From Raillietiella orientalis (Eukaryota): a stretch of 64,000 nt of DNA. Below, one piece after another: positions 1 to 13,899 of the stretch (positions within the stretch are counted from its first letter, which is position 1; every line of letters starts with the position of its first letter). The translations under genes and the position numbers were made by a program. Below the pieces are notes generated by a model. It saw only the letters and a program-made list of their open reading frames with translations, did no database searches and had not been told where the DNA came from. The DNA lies in assembly GCA_036172245.1 (NCBI GenBank), contig JAYWIR010000056.1:248001-312000 (forward strand). Reading direction: 5' to 3'.

Positions 1-510
1 AACGGGACTACGAAGACTGCATGGCATGTGGAGACACAGATACAGGACTACACATCTTGACGTGTTCCACATTGCTCCGAGACTAGCTAATCCTGAAAAG
101 GATTATAGGAATGACCACCAGTTCCGTAATGGAAATACTTACCGAGATGTTTCAGGGAACTGGAAATGTTCCCTCCTACAATCCCATGGTGAGAACGACC
201 ATCGCTCTCTTCATCACCGCCATACTTGTGTGGTGGTGGAAGATGAGGAAAGCCATGAGAGTCGTATCCCCGATGGAGATTCTGCAAGGACTCATCTAGA
301 AGGAGATCGGCATCAGGAATTGTGGACGAGAGCCGGCCTGGACATACCGATACATCCTGAAGGGGATTGAGGACGACGCCCGGGAAACAAAAACGAGGGC
401 GCCACCCTGAGTGCAGCACTTGTGATACCCCGAAAGGACTTCAAAGTGGTAATACAGTGATAAAATAGTGTGAATGAAAATTGTAATGCGAATGTTTAAA
501 AAAAAAAAAT
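1..510 (+). mobile_element. 3' end of an L1/Tx1-like LINE ORF2 (CCHC zinc finger) with A-tail, inactivated
   Basis: Frame from position 3 reads CMACGDTDTGLHILTC (zf-RVT-like), in-frame TAG at 84-86, then ILVWWWKMRK (WxxWKxRN-like). A-run at ~498-509. Confidence 0.7.
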
Positions 511-999
511 AATTCACCCCACCCCTTGCGGGAAAATCGAAACGATGGTCAGAACGAGAGGGAGAGCTCCTTTTCACATCCTGGTGGTAGAATAAGCTAC
601 TGACGTTTGTTAATGGTACTCTGAAAGCGTTGTTGTCATTCTCTTTTCGTTGCCCCTGGAAGATTCACAGCTGAGACAGAGTTGTTGCCGATGAGAGAAC
701 AGGCATTTCTTGCAAACACGTCCTCGCCATAGAGTACGCAACTCTTCCTGTTTCTATCCAGCAGCCGAGAGCGAAAGAAGAGATAAAGTTTACTCAGAAC
801 TGAGATCAGGGAAAATTTCTGGCACACTTTCGACCGAAAGTGCTTGAGTGAGGTCTTTTCGGGGACGGATTCCAGCCGGGAAATTCCAGTCATAGAAAAA
901 AGATAAGGAAACCGGGTTCCCAAGGAACAGTGCGAGGGAAGAGATCTTTTCGAACGGAAGGAAGGACTTCCATGTCGGTGAAGAAGCACTTTGGAGCAT

Positions 1000-3200
1000 T
1001 TGCTAATTCTCCGAGATGTGGTTCGAGATGCAGTGGCTCACACCACGTCAGACCTTGCTTGCCTTCCTCTACTTCCCACCCGTCAGGAGCTGGAAAGGAA
1101 AACAAATTGAAAAACAAACAAAGCAGAGAGATGCCGTTCACAGCAGGGACACCACGAAGAACGAATCAAACCCCAGCATAGTATGGCGAAACATCCGTAG
1201 ACCACGTTTCCGGATCGGATATCGCCTGCATTCTAGGAAGATGGAGGATCATATAAAATGCCGTTTCCATCCAGCACTCTTGCTGCTACTGGCAAGGGAT
1301 TTATGCAGCCTGCATCTGGACCATTCCATCTCTCTAATAATTCCATCAGCCGAAAGTAGTTTACGGTCTACTGGTCCAATGGAAGTCCAAAGATAGCAAC
1401 AGACTCCACAGAATCTGCCGGACGTCTTTCAATCTGCTCGATTGGTAGAGCTACGGCGATAGAACCTTAGAAGACTGAGCAGATTTTGAGCTGCAAAAGA
1501 ACGAATCGTCGAGAGGCAGCCTGCAGGGCGCAGCAAAGGGTGATCATGGATGTGATGCCAACGAATTTTCTCTTGGAAAGATTTTACATCATCTCTCTTC
1601 AGAGACTCCAAATACTTCCGAAGCACCTTAGAGTGAAAATTTCGCTTCTCACCAGCTGATGGATGGGGTGAGGCCACTGCTCATGGTTTCGCCAGTATCT
1701 CGAAGGTGACCTCAGTGCTAGGAGCACGGGAAGGAGTACAGGAGACTTTTTTCCAGCTCCGCGACATCCATTCTTGCTGCTTTCCCTTCATCATTGAAGG
1801 ATGGAAATAAATGGATACCGTTCTTTCAGACGCGGATCTGATCATCCCCCTCGGTTCGGATTTCACGGACTTTGCTGGCAACGAAAGATCAAGGAGATCA
1901 CGCTTCTGTAACTTCTAGGCGCAATCGAAATCTCTATGTTATGAGTTCTCATTTGTATCTGCTTACTTTTCGGATTTCAATAAGCACCGCCTACCCTCAC
2001 TGTCCTGTGGTCCTTCATTATCCACGAAGCCCTCAAGCGTTTTCCAATGGTGACATTCGTGGAGTCGGCTTTTCCCCAAATCTGTGAGACTTTTGAAATG
2101 CTTTCCTTCTGACATGCAACCTGCAGGGGCTCCTGCCTCCCACTTTTAGGTTTTTAGGCATCCTACTTTGGCTCATCGCAGCAAACGATGCAGGATTCTT
2201 CCAGAGACGCTCGGTGATTTTCGGCGGAATCATCCAATCGAAGATCAGTTTACCCTTAGGGGAATTTTTCAGACAGCATGGATTCCGGTTTCGGATGTGA
2301 ATCGATATCTGAGCTCAGCCGCTCAGATATCGATTCACTTCCGAAGATTTGCTGATTCGAAAATGAGCTGCCGTTGAAAACCCGTTCCTTCGGTCAGGCT
2401 GAGCTCCTCGCCCTCAAGCTTTTTGTGCGCGATGGACCCATTTCTCAGTGGGGAGGGTGCCTCTCGCCTCTCTAGAAACGGCCATTCCTACTTGGAGAGG
2501 GGGAAGGAGAGAGACGGAGAGAGGTTCTTAATCGAGATTCGTTCATTCGGGAATCAGTTAGCTTGAGACATCAGCGTTGTCGAGTAGTCTTCCCTGTTTG
2601 ATGCTACGACCACATGCCGATTTGGTGGATCCATCCCGCTGCAAAGGCGTTCCTGGATGCTTCCTGGATTTCTCAGGATCAAATGCCCTCTCCAGTGCAT
2701 ACACCAAACTGACTTCCCTTCTCGCGCTCATTTAGGAGCCTCGCATTAAACTGCTTCCGGACACCATCCTCAAGGTTTCAGCCAAAGAACTGCGCTTCGT
2801 ACACTCAAACACCTATTCCCCGCCCTCTGGAGCTGAATGAATTTCGTTAATAAGCCTTGGGCATTAGGTCAACTCATAAAGTGCACCATCGTTCTGGATT
2901 CATGCTAGAAAAATGCAGAGTTTTACTGGCCCGTTTGATTCTGGAAGTTATTTTCTTCTCTCATTAGAACTGATGATGTCTTTGAACAACTAAGAAGAAT
3001 AGAATACCATTTAAAGTTGTTTCCAGCTGGAAGCTGGAAGTTTCACAATTTCACAAAGTTTCTCTAAAGTCTGCAGTTCTTCTCCTTCTTTCAGTTGCAT
3101 TTCCCTCTAGCGCTACCTCTGTTCTTATTTCGTGGTCTAGATGAGAAAGCCATTGCACTTTTCGTTAGTTGGGAGCCCTCCGGAAAATAGGTTCCTCTTC
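1000..3200 (-). mobile_element. Degraded LINE RT relic
   Basis: Minus-strand SLVYALERAFD (~2680-2715, LDxEKAFD-like) and GRSIKQG (~2590-2612, RGxRQG-like) in the correct order. Many stops. Confidence 0.5.
2290..2345. repeat. Inverted repeat with 25-bp arms (1 mismatch) and a 6-nt loop
   Basis: ttcggatgtgaatcgatatctgagc-tcagcc-gctcagatatcgattcacttccgaa. Confidence 0.9.
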
Positions 3201-6099
3201 TGAACCTACAACATTCTATTAGACTCGTATTAGCTAGAATAATCTTTTTTCATTAGTCGCTCCTGTGTTCATGTCTCTCTTGTTCGTCCCCTGTGCATCT
3301 CCTGTGCTTGTGCTCACTGCAAAGTATTTTGAAGACTCTCACTAAGTGCTTCTAATTCTGCAAACGTGTAGCCATTTAATTAACAGATTCATTTTTTAAG
3401 GTCTTTTTAAAAAATTGGAGTTTGGCTTTTCATGGAACCGAGGTTTGGAAAGATTTCAAATCTGAAGACTTCAAAAGAAATTTTTTTTTTTTTTTTTTTA
3501 CAAAATGCCTCTTGGTTTCAATGACAAACTTTCATCTGCAGCTTTCTCAAAACTCTCAAGACTTTCCCCTTTGAAATAAGATTCAAGTGCAAGAAGATGT
3601 GGCAGCGTGCAAGAACAGATAGACTGGCACCCCCAAGTGACCGCTCACGAGAGTCCACCGATCTCGAGATGCACTCCAACGCCTCAGGTACACGTCCATT
3701 CTGCTCCGTTCAAACTCGTGGAAAGCACGAAGCTTTGGATTCTCACTTTTGGATCACCTTAGAATTTCGAGTGTCAATCCCGAGTCCAAAAACTGTTACA
3801 CGCAGCGTTGTGCCCTCCGTTTGCGCGTAATCTGGATTTGTTGTCGTCGGGATACGGCCACTTGATTCTTTCAGATTTCGGCGCGCGGGACACGTTTATC
3901 TTGCATCAATTCCACCATCATTCAACGGAACACCGAACGCGTATATCTGCAGCTGAGGGTCCAGCAGATTTCGAGCAGTTCCGCAGGCGGTGCGTCGAAA
4001 GATGAGGTTTCCACTGCCATCTATCGGCATTCCCGTGAAGAGAACAAGCACGAGAGAAGCCTTTCTCCATTTGGACCCAATTCAAGTGCTCACGCAGCTG
4101 GAAGTGTTCGGGAGAAAGCAGACGTGATGGATTGCCCTGCAATCTGATGATTTATGGGTACGTGGATTTGCAGATAGCCTACCCAGCTCATTTTGCGACC
4201 CAGTGGTCTCACGCTCTTTTGTCTGTGGGATTTTAAGACGGAGCTTCCAATCTGTTCATCCAGCACTCCAAGGCGTGATTCCGAAGTTACACTGCTTTCT
4301 TGGTCAGGTGGAAGCACGCCAGCCGATATGCAGATGAAAATGTATCACAGCACTCCCTGGAATTCAGCAACGCCTCTCTTCCAAACCAATGTTGCGGCTA
4401 CAGATTTAGAAATGTTCCGGGCGCAGATTCGAATTTCGAAAATTCGGCGCCGCCACGAGACATATGGTGTCAATCTGCAAGCGTTCGGAATGTGTTTATC
4501 CCATCCCATCCCGAGTGAATTCTTGCCGACGTTTCTACAAATCCTGGAAACTGCAATCGTGGCCGCCGGAGCTGGTCTGCAATTTCATATTCTCGCATCG
4601 CGATGCTATCACGTTCTTTTACCAGCTTCAGCACCAAAGCACGAAAACAATTCGGGATTGAGCATCTCCGCGCGAATGTCAGGTGTTACGTGCACTTGAC
4701 TGAATTTCAACCTACCCAGATGATCAGATTCTTGCGAGAGCACTTTCAGAGCATCTCTCGCCGATTTCCTCTATCATCCAAAGTTCTCAAGTTCCGCGAG
4801 CTGAATGAAGCGTACACGTTCTTCATCTGCTTCCCGCAATAAGTTTTGTTCCATGTTTTCAAATTTCGATGCCTCAGTAGGCGGTGGGACCGAATTCCCT
4901 GCTGTACCGTATTCCCATGTGGCGATGCCTATTTTTGGGGATGGTTAGCTTTTGGATCTGAAAGAAAGCGCATCCGTTCCTCTTGGGCGAAACTTTTTAA
5001 AAGTTTGGTACAGCAACATGCGGTGATGTTTCAGCAGCAGATCAGACTTCCACGAAAGCCATGGAATTCCATTCAGTCTGGGCTCTCCTCGTTTTTCTTT
5101 TTTTTCGTACGCAGAGCATCATTTTGTTGTCCTCTCTTTCTTAGCCTCACAACACTTCCAGAAAAAAACTCAATAACGGTCCTTCAGTATACTCCAGATC
5201 TCAGCTTCCTCCAGACGCCGGTACATTCCACTGTTCTGAAACTGTGGTCCTGCCGTTCATTTTGGCCACAAATGCACTTCGGGCACTTCGGCTAATTCAA
5301 TCCACCAGTTCTTCCTGGAGATTTTTTCCGAAAAACGCCTAACAGTGTGCACAAAACACACACACAAAAAAAAACAGCAGATGGATGGATTCAGAGAATC
5401 TTTACATTTTCGCATTGAATGCTACCAAAGGAACCATCATTCTTCCTACAGCATTCCGAAATGAGAGCGGGAGAAAAACACAGTGTCACCAAGACTTAAC
5501 GGAAATATCATTCTGAGCATCTTCAATTGCTCAGTGTGCTCAGGAACGTGGTGATTATCCTCTGAAACACAATGGAGCAAGAAAATTCGCAATATTTCCC
5601 TGCGGAGAGTCTCATGGTGCCCACACAGCTGAACTCCTTTTTCCCGAATTTCACGATTCTTCGCGTTGCTACGCGGCGAATCTTCACGCTGTCTATTGAC
5701 TAAATTTTGCTGGCATCCAGAACCGATCGCGAGATCACGTTCCCTAGTAACAGCATCCGCTCAAGCGTACCCCAGGAATTTCGGAGAGTGAAATCCTGAG
5801 TGATTGTTCAAGCGTGCATTTCTTGTGCATCTTCGGTGTAAAAGAGACCTGCAGCCACTGTACCCTCTATGAGTTCGAGGTGCTACTCTGCCTTAGTGAT
5901 TTCATTCGTGTACTTTCCTTTATTTCTGAAACTGATGCTTCCATTCCTAACGGTCGCATTGATCACTCGGTCGTCATGGAGTCCCCCCCCCCCTCTAAGC
6001 CGTGAGCGCAAAATTCGTCCAGTGCCTTCAAATACCTCACAGAAAGAACAGAGAGGTGACGCACTAAAAATTATGGAATCATGGAGTTTCATAGAAGCC

Positions 6100-9000
6100 A
6101 ATAAATCAGTCTAGTCTATAACTGCGCTCTGAAATTCCAAGTGCTTGATTTTCACAATCAAGTTGCTTTCTTCAAACAGTCGCTTGGTTCCTAGAAAGTG
6201 AAAAAGTCCAAGAAGGCAGTGGGCATTAGACACAAACCAAGATAATTGGTAACTTTCGGGCAAGCTGAGATGCAGCTGGAAAAGTAACATCTGCCATAAG
6301 TACGCGGGAAAAAGAAAAGGTTTGTAAACTTCCGAAGCGCCCATTGTGGGAATGCAAATAAAAGGCTGTCGAATTTTCCTCCAAACGGATGAACCAATTT
6401 CGCGCTTTTACCCGGGATTTGATTTTCTTAATATCCAGCGTTAATGAGCCACCTGAAGAGTCACCAACTGAATGTATTTTACCCAAGTCATTCCTTTCTT
6501 TTCCACTCTGAAAGCTGACCGTCACCCCCAAAATTGGAATGCATCTCTCAGAAGGGGCTACTGCGACCTTAAGAGATTATCATTCGCTGCCGAATGGGAT
6601 CACATGGGATTACGAATGACAGTCTCCAGTTTCGTTCGAAAAAGCCTCAGGCAGCATTTACAATGAGAAAATTGGTGTTTCTTTTTCCGAGTGAAATGGT
6701 GTTTCCTCTGAAATCACAGGGCTGCCGCTCGTCACAGAACACGGACTGCTGAAGCAGTGGTCAGCAGGTTTGGTTATGTGTGCTGCTCTGCTCGTGGTAG
6801 CTGCATCTTTCGCAAGGAGTGTTCTTGATGGATTCCTCAGCAATCAAACAAACTGACAGCGCGTGGATGCCTTTTCTTTGCTCCACAGGGAGTCTGAGCA
6901 GAAAAGGGATGGAAAGTGTTCACTGAATCACCAGCAGTAAGTGTGCAATTTCGTGTCGACACGGGAAGCACACGGAAGGCACAGACCCTCTCTCTCCAAG
7001 ATGGAAGGGAAATTTCAGGCGGAAACATCGTTTTCAAAGCCTCCACTCGTTGCATCTTGAGCGCATGAGGGGTGATTCTGAAGCGTCCAGGGAGGCAGGG
7101 AATCGTGAGCAAGCTCTGTGAGGAGCTGGGAGATCTCCTGAAGTCATCCAAGTGCGTGCATCTGCGGTGCAGCAGCTGGGTATTCACGTGGCACTAGCTT
7201 CACGCCGACTGTGATACAGAAGATCCTGTCGGTACTGTCTGCCTCATCTGTTGCGCTTACAGACTTAGCAGGAGACAGTCTGGGAAGTACGATGCCGAGT
7301 CACTCTTTCCTCTTTTGAGCACCAGGAAGGAGCCTGAGAAATACTGATGCTTTCATTGGATTTCTCCTTAGTCCCTGAAGCCAACTGAGCTCTTCCGCCT
7401 ACCAAAAGAACACTTCTCCTTGAAGATCGTACTGAATCGGACTTGGAAGAAGTGCGTAGTATATAACGGGGACAACGAGGACCAAAAGATGTTTGTCTGC
7501 TCTTAATGAACTTGTGAGATTTAGTGACCCTGTGCCTTTCTTCTTGTGTATGTAGAAACATTCCCTTCTTCTAACTATCAAACGCGGCAGAATATCCGTT
7601 GTGGCACGAAAGGAAGTAGTTGACAGGAAAGCATAGTAAAGCATCCGCAGCAAGCAATTTCAGTAATCATTGCAGACTTCATCAGCTGAATATTTAGATG
7701 CTCAATTTGCTGTAACAGCTCAATTTACATGCTGAATATAAAATAACAAGTAATAACCTAAGTTATATCCAGCACCTATAACTTAAGTTATAGGTGCTGA
7801 ATTAGGCAGATTCGGATGAAAGCAGACGAAAACGGAGGCTTCTTTTCAGCTTTACAAGGGATCACAAGAACACCTCGAGGCAATCAAAGAAATGTAAACA
7901 TCCTTAGGAAGCATCGCGAAGCATTTCAATGATGAATCCGCGAACTGATAAACTCGAAGTGGTACCCATAAAACAAGCAGACAGATTCAAGGCAGAGCTC
8001 TTATGAGGAGTACTCCAATGAGCCACTGAAGAGCCATGTCTCACACATAACGTAATTTCTGTGCCTCCGTTCAAGCTTCTGCAGCTCATGTTGAGATGGA
8101 AGAATAACAGAAGCTGAGCGAGCCTTTGTGATTCTTCAGTTTGGCTGCATTCCCTGGTTTGACTGGCAGAAGATCTGTAGGAGGCTTCTTTACTAAAAAT
8201 GAAGTCAAGAATTTGTTTGCAATGAAGTGCTGAAAGTACTCGGAATGTGCCGTCGACTAAGAAAATGCGTACGGTGGTGAGTACCACCTACGCAATCCCA
8301 CACACAGCATCCTTAAATTCATCTCCGGATCGGCACTGCAGACGGGAGGCAATGCTTCACTCACGATGGACTCTTTGGATAGGTAATGATTCAAATGTGC
8401 AATGACTCCATAACCATTGCTTCCAGAAAGATTGATTCGCAATCTGCTTTGCATTTCTTAGGCTTTGCCCAGCTCCCGAGGTATGGCTTCCAAAGGACCA
8501 CCTGGAGATTACCGGCACTTGTATAAACGCTGATGTAGAGACTCTACGGTACAAGAACAACGCTCTGGTGAGATAAGAAAACGGTCTTCCTACTAGTGGA
8601 GGAAGAAAATCCTGTGATTACTGTAAAGCGTCTGCCGCACTTGGAATCATTGTATTGATGGATTTTGAAAGAAAAAAAAAAAAAATTTCAAGGATCAGAT
8701 TTTTCCTCAGGATTTGTATTTCGTGCCATTGCTCTTTGGATAAAAAAAAATTGTCATTAAATGCGAGGTAATGCGAAGAAGGACAGGTTTGCCGGAGTGA
8801 CAAGGAAGGCGATGCTTGTCGCCATGCAACCGCAGGGGAACAAATAAAACCTTTTTCTTGACAGTTGCGAAAATTAAAGTCACTTGTGCGATATGTTGCA
8901 CACACCTGGGAGTCTGGAAAAGGCAGTATCCTCCACATGCTTTCACCGATGTACTGACTGCAAAGGCATGCGCGACTATTATTACTATATGCAGGAGGTC

Positions 9001-9600
9001 ATCGAGACAAATTCACCTTCTTTCTCAGAAGCGAATAGCAGAACCGGAGCTAGAACCCCGGAGGGGAATCATTCGACATGCCCTGGAGGGCAAATGCTTT
9101 TTCTTTTGTTTTTTTCTGGAAACTTCGGTTTCATGCTTTGCACGATCTGGATCCAGAATTCGCCTTTGTTTGTTCCTTTATGCCTCAGGGTAACTCACCT
9201 ATGCAACGAAAGCATTCTCGACCCAACACGAATCCGGATGGTACTTGAGAATTCCTTTCATGTCAGGATGCTAGTTCTCATCATACATTGCTCTGGCGGA
9301 GTGTTACCAGGGAAACGCTGGCGTACTTGGTTGCTGCCTTGTACTAATGCTCACCGAACGCCAAGTCACGTTGATGCTCACTATGCGGTCTCCTCGAGGG
9401 CGCGCAATGCCCTCACACTGACCTCATGAAAATGTAAACTGAAAGTGCCCTGAAGATCTACTGAGAGAAAAAACACCTCTTTCCACTTGGATCTGACACC
9501 ACCGGAATCGCCCGTGTGCTGTGACTCTGGAATCCATGCGTGATTACCAAAGTGATGAACCCGCCGCACCCTCTACTGTAGCCCCTGCTGCCGGTCACAG
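6100..9600 (-). mobile_element. Degraded LINE RT to zinc finger relic
   Basis: Ordered degenerate motifs: CGLRRWYSPP (~8280-8305, RGxRQGxPLSP-like), SSALNLSAC (~7975-8000, SGLxIN-like), CISACPKV (~6250-6275), STWNFR (~6130-6146). Confidence 0.4.
7770..7799. repeat. Perfect 30-bp palindrome
   Basis: cagcacctataacttaagttataggtgctg. Confidence 0.92.
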
Positions 9601-10899
9601 AGACGCGTTCCCTAAAAGTCACTTATCTGAAAAATGCGATGAGAGTTTCAAAGTTGCTCCCGCTCTAAGTTGATGGACCACGAGGCCACGAAACTACAAG
9701 CCATGAGGTTCCTCGTGGATCTCTTCAGAGGCATTGCTGAAGCAACAGCGTTTTTTGTGCACGTGCGCTTCCCTTCCTGACGAAAGGCTCATGCGAGACC
9801 TCCCGTGACTAAACGTTAGCGAAGGACGAAATACGAACCCTTGCTTTTTCTAAGAGAGGTCGCTTCCTGAGGGCGTGCGCACCTGGTCTCGCCAGCGCTC
9901 CTACTGGAGCCAGTTGGTCGTAACGCCTGCAGCTGTAGGCAAAATTTCGAGTTCCCCAGAACTGACTGCTGCTCAACGAAAGTGGGAGCGTTCAGCGAGT
10001 AATTACAGCACCAATAACGCCAAGGAAACGGCGCTCCCGAATAGAAACTTTAATACTTTTATAATTATTCTACAACGTGATGTGGCATAGATGCAAAAAT
10101 TGTGTTCGGATACGGTCAGAGCCAAGAGAGCCTCCTGGAGCGATGCGCAGCGTGGGAAGGGTGCGCCGTCGGAGCGAATAGGCCTTCATGACGCTCGCCA
10201 GCAAGTTCAAAGGGCTGTTTGTCCGGGTCAACACAGGCGACTCCGAATGGTCCTGAGGAGTGGACTTGCCCGCAGAATCCACGAGCGATCCGATTCTCTT
10301 CGCGTCGGGTTGGATCATCTGAACCTAGACCCCCGTCTTGCCTCTTTCGATCTTTCTTGCAGGGCTCAAGAATTCCTCACGTGCAAACGGAACGGACAAG
10401 AAGGAGATGCTTGGTGGCAACGTGAATGGTGCAAGGGGTCAGGTACTTTTCCTCCGTCAGGGAGCTGGCAATGATCTCAGATGAAACGCTGATTGTGAAG
10501 GATGCAGCTGGAAAGCAGCATTCACATCAGTAGTTGCATGAGCTGATGGTAGTGGTTTAGGGGGCTAATCCATTGCTGGTGAGGGTACTTAATGGTTATC
10601 CCGGTTCCTCTGAATCCGTCCGCTGTTGCATAGGAATCTCCTGCGTGAACACCTCGATTCCTGTCCCACACTCCTGAATTCTTATACGTTCCGAATCATC
10701 CCGAGTTCTCCAGCATGACGAAAACGCCCGGAAGATTTATGCAGTTTTCTCCTCCGCATGATTTATCTGCAGCGGGTACGGCAGTCTACTGAATGGAAAC
10801 GCGGCGAACGCTATGGGGAGAGGAAGGGGGACAGTCCTAAGTTTCTTCGCGTACAGCTGCCCCGTTTAGGAAGAGTTGTGTAAGATCGGCAAGGGCACA

Positions 10900-13300
10900 C
10901 GTCGGGAAAGTCCGGCTCTGAACGGGAAATGAAGGGAAACCCCCGCTTTTGTTGACTGGTTTGACAGTGAGCCGGTGCCCGATGCTACACTTGGGGAGAA
11001 GCTGCTGCCGATTGGTTTTCTCAAGTGTCATCCGGCACTCGCAATCACACTTGATGGACCAAGCTGCACGGGCAGGCAGAAGCGCAATCTACGGAAAGCT
11101 CCTGAGCCTACTATCGATCGCTTCCCTTTCGACAAGCAGAACTCATCATCCTAAGCAAGGGCGGCATCACTTGGGAAGTGCTGAAGAGTGAGCGCATGCG
11201 ACAGTCGCCGGTTCTTTTGACCGCTCGGCGTGCCCGAGGGGGATGCAGCGAAAAGCAGTATTGTCGCTCACGGGTCCCGCTGACCTGCGGAGGCCGCTGT
11301 CAGCGGCGTCCTTCTGGGCTTCGCTGTTTTGCTTCCGACTTTTTTTTTTTTTTTTTAGAGGAAGGGGGGGTTGCTGAGTACTCAAAGAACCATTCGCTTC
11401 TCTGGGAGGAGCTCACAAAGCTCTTTAGCACTATCCACACCACCTGAAGGGGTGTGTGACTCTTCAAGTTAGGGAGTGCTCCGGGAGGAGGGTACTACCA
11501 CCCTATGAATCCAGGAAGGAGGAATCCTTTCCTCTTAAGCTTGAGGGGGAGCATTCCTTCTGCGAGGTTCCGGTGCAAGCTGCTTCCTACTTGAGAGTGG
11601 ATACCGAGCATTCCCTCTGCAAGTTCCCTTCTGTAGACCGAAGCCGTCGGAAAGCCAAAGGATCCGATGGAGGAGCCTGGGTTATCCCATCCAGAGGAAG
11701 GTGGTAAAATTTGCCTCGCTGCGCGGGCTCTCACTCGGGAGGCTGTCGCAGGGGATGCTGGAAGGTAGCCATCATACTTGCCTTGAATGCTGGAGGCTCC
11801 GGTACGAGTAGTAGTCAAACCCTCTGATCCCAAGACCCTTCCAAAAGCTCCCTGGAACCAGTTTCCCCGCTTCCTCCCAGAGGGCGATTACCGACTGAAC
11901 AGGTTGCCACTCCAAGAAAAAGTAGGGAGGGGCGAGTGGGAGTTTGCGTGCTGCGAGCAGCAGCGGCGGCAAGGAGAACCCACAGGGCGACCCGACGCAT
12001 TAATTCCGTCGAAAGCCGCTGTCTCGTGCGCGCTTCCGGCTGCCGACTGTGTAGCTGGATAGAACCCCGGCGTCCTCCGGAGAGCTGTGCAGGCAAACGT
12101 TGCCAAGAGAAGGGAGGAATGAGTGGTAGAAACCGACTGCTTGGGAGAAGAAGGCACGGAAACTCTCCCATGCCACTCGACTGGGCATCTCTCTGATCGC
12201 CGATCGGTCCTCGAGATTTCACAGGCGGCGGGAGCGCTTCATGAGCAGTGCACGCATTTCCGCCGCGTGGCACATGAAATCGCAGAAATGGAAATGGAAT
12301 TCAGCTGTGACGTGACAGTTTGCGTCATAACTGGATGCTTTCTGGCGCCATCTCGTTACATTTCGGGCTTCGCCCTGCGCTTTGTCTGAAGGACAGGAAT
12401 TGCTTTCAGGTACAGCACCGTCAAATATCTGAATGGAAACCACTCGCCCCCTCCTCCGCTACCGAGCATCACGTGAATGAACCGAACGAATCCCCTGATG
12501 ATTGGAAGCTTTCGATCGGAGGTTTGGATTAGCGATTCAGGGGAGCAACAGGCGACGGAGAGGAGATGACAGGAAGCTACGGTGGGAGATTCCGGACAGT
12601 GCACGAAGGCAAGGGCTTCGCACGTCGAGCTGGACGTCGGCTACGCTGAGCCCCTTGGTCCGAGACAGCGTGGTGGAGGTCGCCGCCTGGTTCGCTCGGG
12701 AAGGTGACCTGGCTCCGAGCTCAAGGGGATCGAATGAGGTTCGAGGACGTCTCCCTGTGGATGCCCAACGTGCAGATGCGAAGCGAAAGCGCGCGCCTTT
12801 TTGTGGTTTCCGCTACGGCATCCTTCTGGAAGCATCCGTGTCCCATCTCGGAAGATTTGCGCGCCGGAGTTCCCCCTCTGGGGTCAAAAAGCTTTTCCCA
12901 CAGGCGGCTTCCTCCCTCTGACCCTTCGGACGCCGCGCGAGCAGCTTCCTGCAAGAATTTCGCGTCCAGCGGTTCCAAAGGTGATCTTTGGGGTCTTCCA
13001 CCGTTTTTTTGTTCTGTTACCGGTTCGTAATCACCCATCTCGAGTGCAAATCCTTTTCTCGTGGAGAAATAGAATGAGAGAACTACGAAGGAAGAAAAAA
13101 AAAATATAATAGAAACCGTGGGAACGAAATTTTCACGCAGAAATGGAGTGTTTGGTCCTTCGATCTCATGAGTTTTTACGGATGCTGCTCCTCCATGCAG
13201 CCTCCGCCAGATTCTTGGAGAAGCTCTGCGTTGCACGGGAGGACCATTCACCTTGGCATCCTCAGTGGCGCCCTCACTTTGGGAACGGAAAGGACCGCAA
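10900..13300 (+). mobile_element. Degraded LINE ORF2 relic, interrupted by a SINE-family fragment
   Basis: PKAPWNQFPRFLPEGDY (post-EN WKLN-like), SPDDWKLSIG (~12490, NWRPIS-like), EFRVQR (~12955) in order. Confidence 0.35.
11370..11560 (-). repeat. SINE-like family A partial 3' copy
   Basis: aagctctttagcactatccacaccacctgaagg..actcttcaagtt matches 16237-16290 and the reverse complement of ~45400-45590. Confidence 0.6.
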
Positions 13301-13587
13301 GTTTGCAACGAGCCTTTGCCGTGCGAAAAAGTAAGTAACAGTCATTGCGATTATCATCTTTCCTTTAAGAATGATACATTTTTTACAGGAGATGAAACAT
13401 AGAGCTCAAGAGGATGCGTGCTGTCGATGCTTGCGCACTGCACGCGCTCATCAGCACGCTAATCACCGAAATGGTACTTTCCTCTGGAGCGCTATGGATC
13501 TGTTCTCCTTCATCTTCCAGAGTCTTCTTTGTGACGGGAAGTGAAATCCGCTATTTCTCTCGAGAACCGCCTTGAGCGCGCGTGCTT

Positions 13588-13593
13588 TTTATT
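13588..13593 (-). promoter_or_regulatory. Candidate polyadenylation signal AATAAA
   Basis: tttatt on the + strand, about 130 nt downstream of the stop codon. Confidence 0.45.
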
Positions 13594-13721
13594 ATGCAAA
13601 ATACAAAATTGCAGCTTCTCTCTGTTTGATCTGACCCATCGAGGGTCTCAAAAAAGGCCTATTCTGTCCTCTCTTCTGCGTTGTCGCTCTCATTCACTCT
13701 TTAACGGCGTCGCGGCAGCGA

Positions 13722-13802
13722 TCACTTCAACCCCAGAGGCGTTGACTGTGTTTTGACCTTCCATCGTTCCTGCGCTTCCTGAATGCTCTCCAGCCACTCT
13801 CT
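13722..13802 (-). CDS. PLEKHG7: PLEKHG7-like terminal exon (REWLESIQEAQERWKVKTQSTPLGLK*)
   Basis: Acceptor ctccattccag|AGA after a 97-nt intron. Supplies the PH C-terminal helix with the conserved Trp (WLxxI). TGA at 13722-13724. Confidence 0.88.
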   Translation of the reverse strand, partial: REWLESIQEAQERWKVKTQSTPLGLK

Positions 13803-13899
13803 CTGGAATGGAGTAGATTAAGTCGAAATTATTAATTAAATTTATTTGATTTCCAGGGATGCGTCGACTCCCAGCGCCACCACCGATGCTCGAGCTCAC

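Noticed and set aside
4560..5800. Possible further diverged repeat (4560-4800 vs 5600-5800, also 21200-21340 and 60100-60250)
   Set aside because: Similarity too weak to support by eye; needs a proper alignment.
10070..10325. Minus-strand ORF as an extra 3' exon
   Set aside because: The gene already terminates at 13722 with a complete PH helix and a candidate AATAAA. No recognisable motif.
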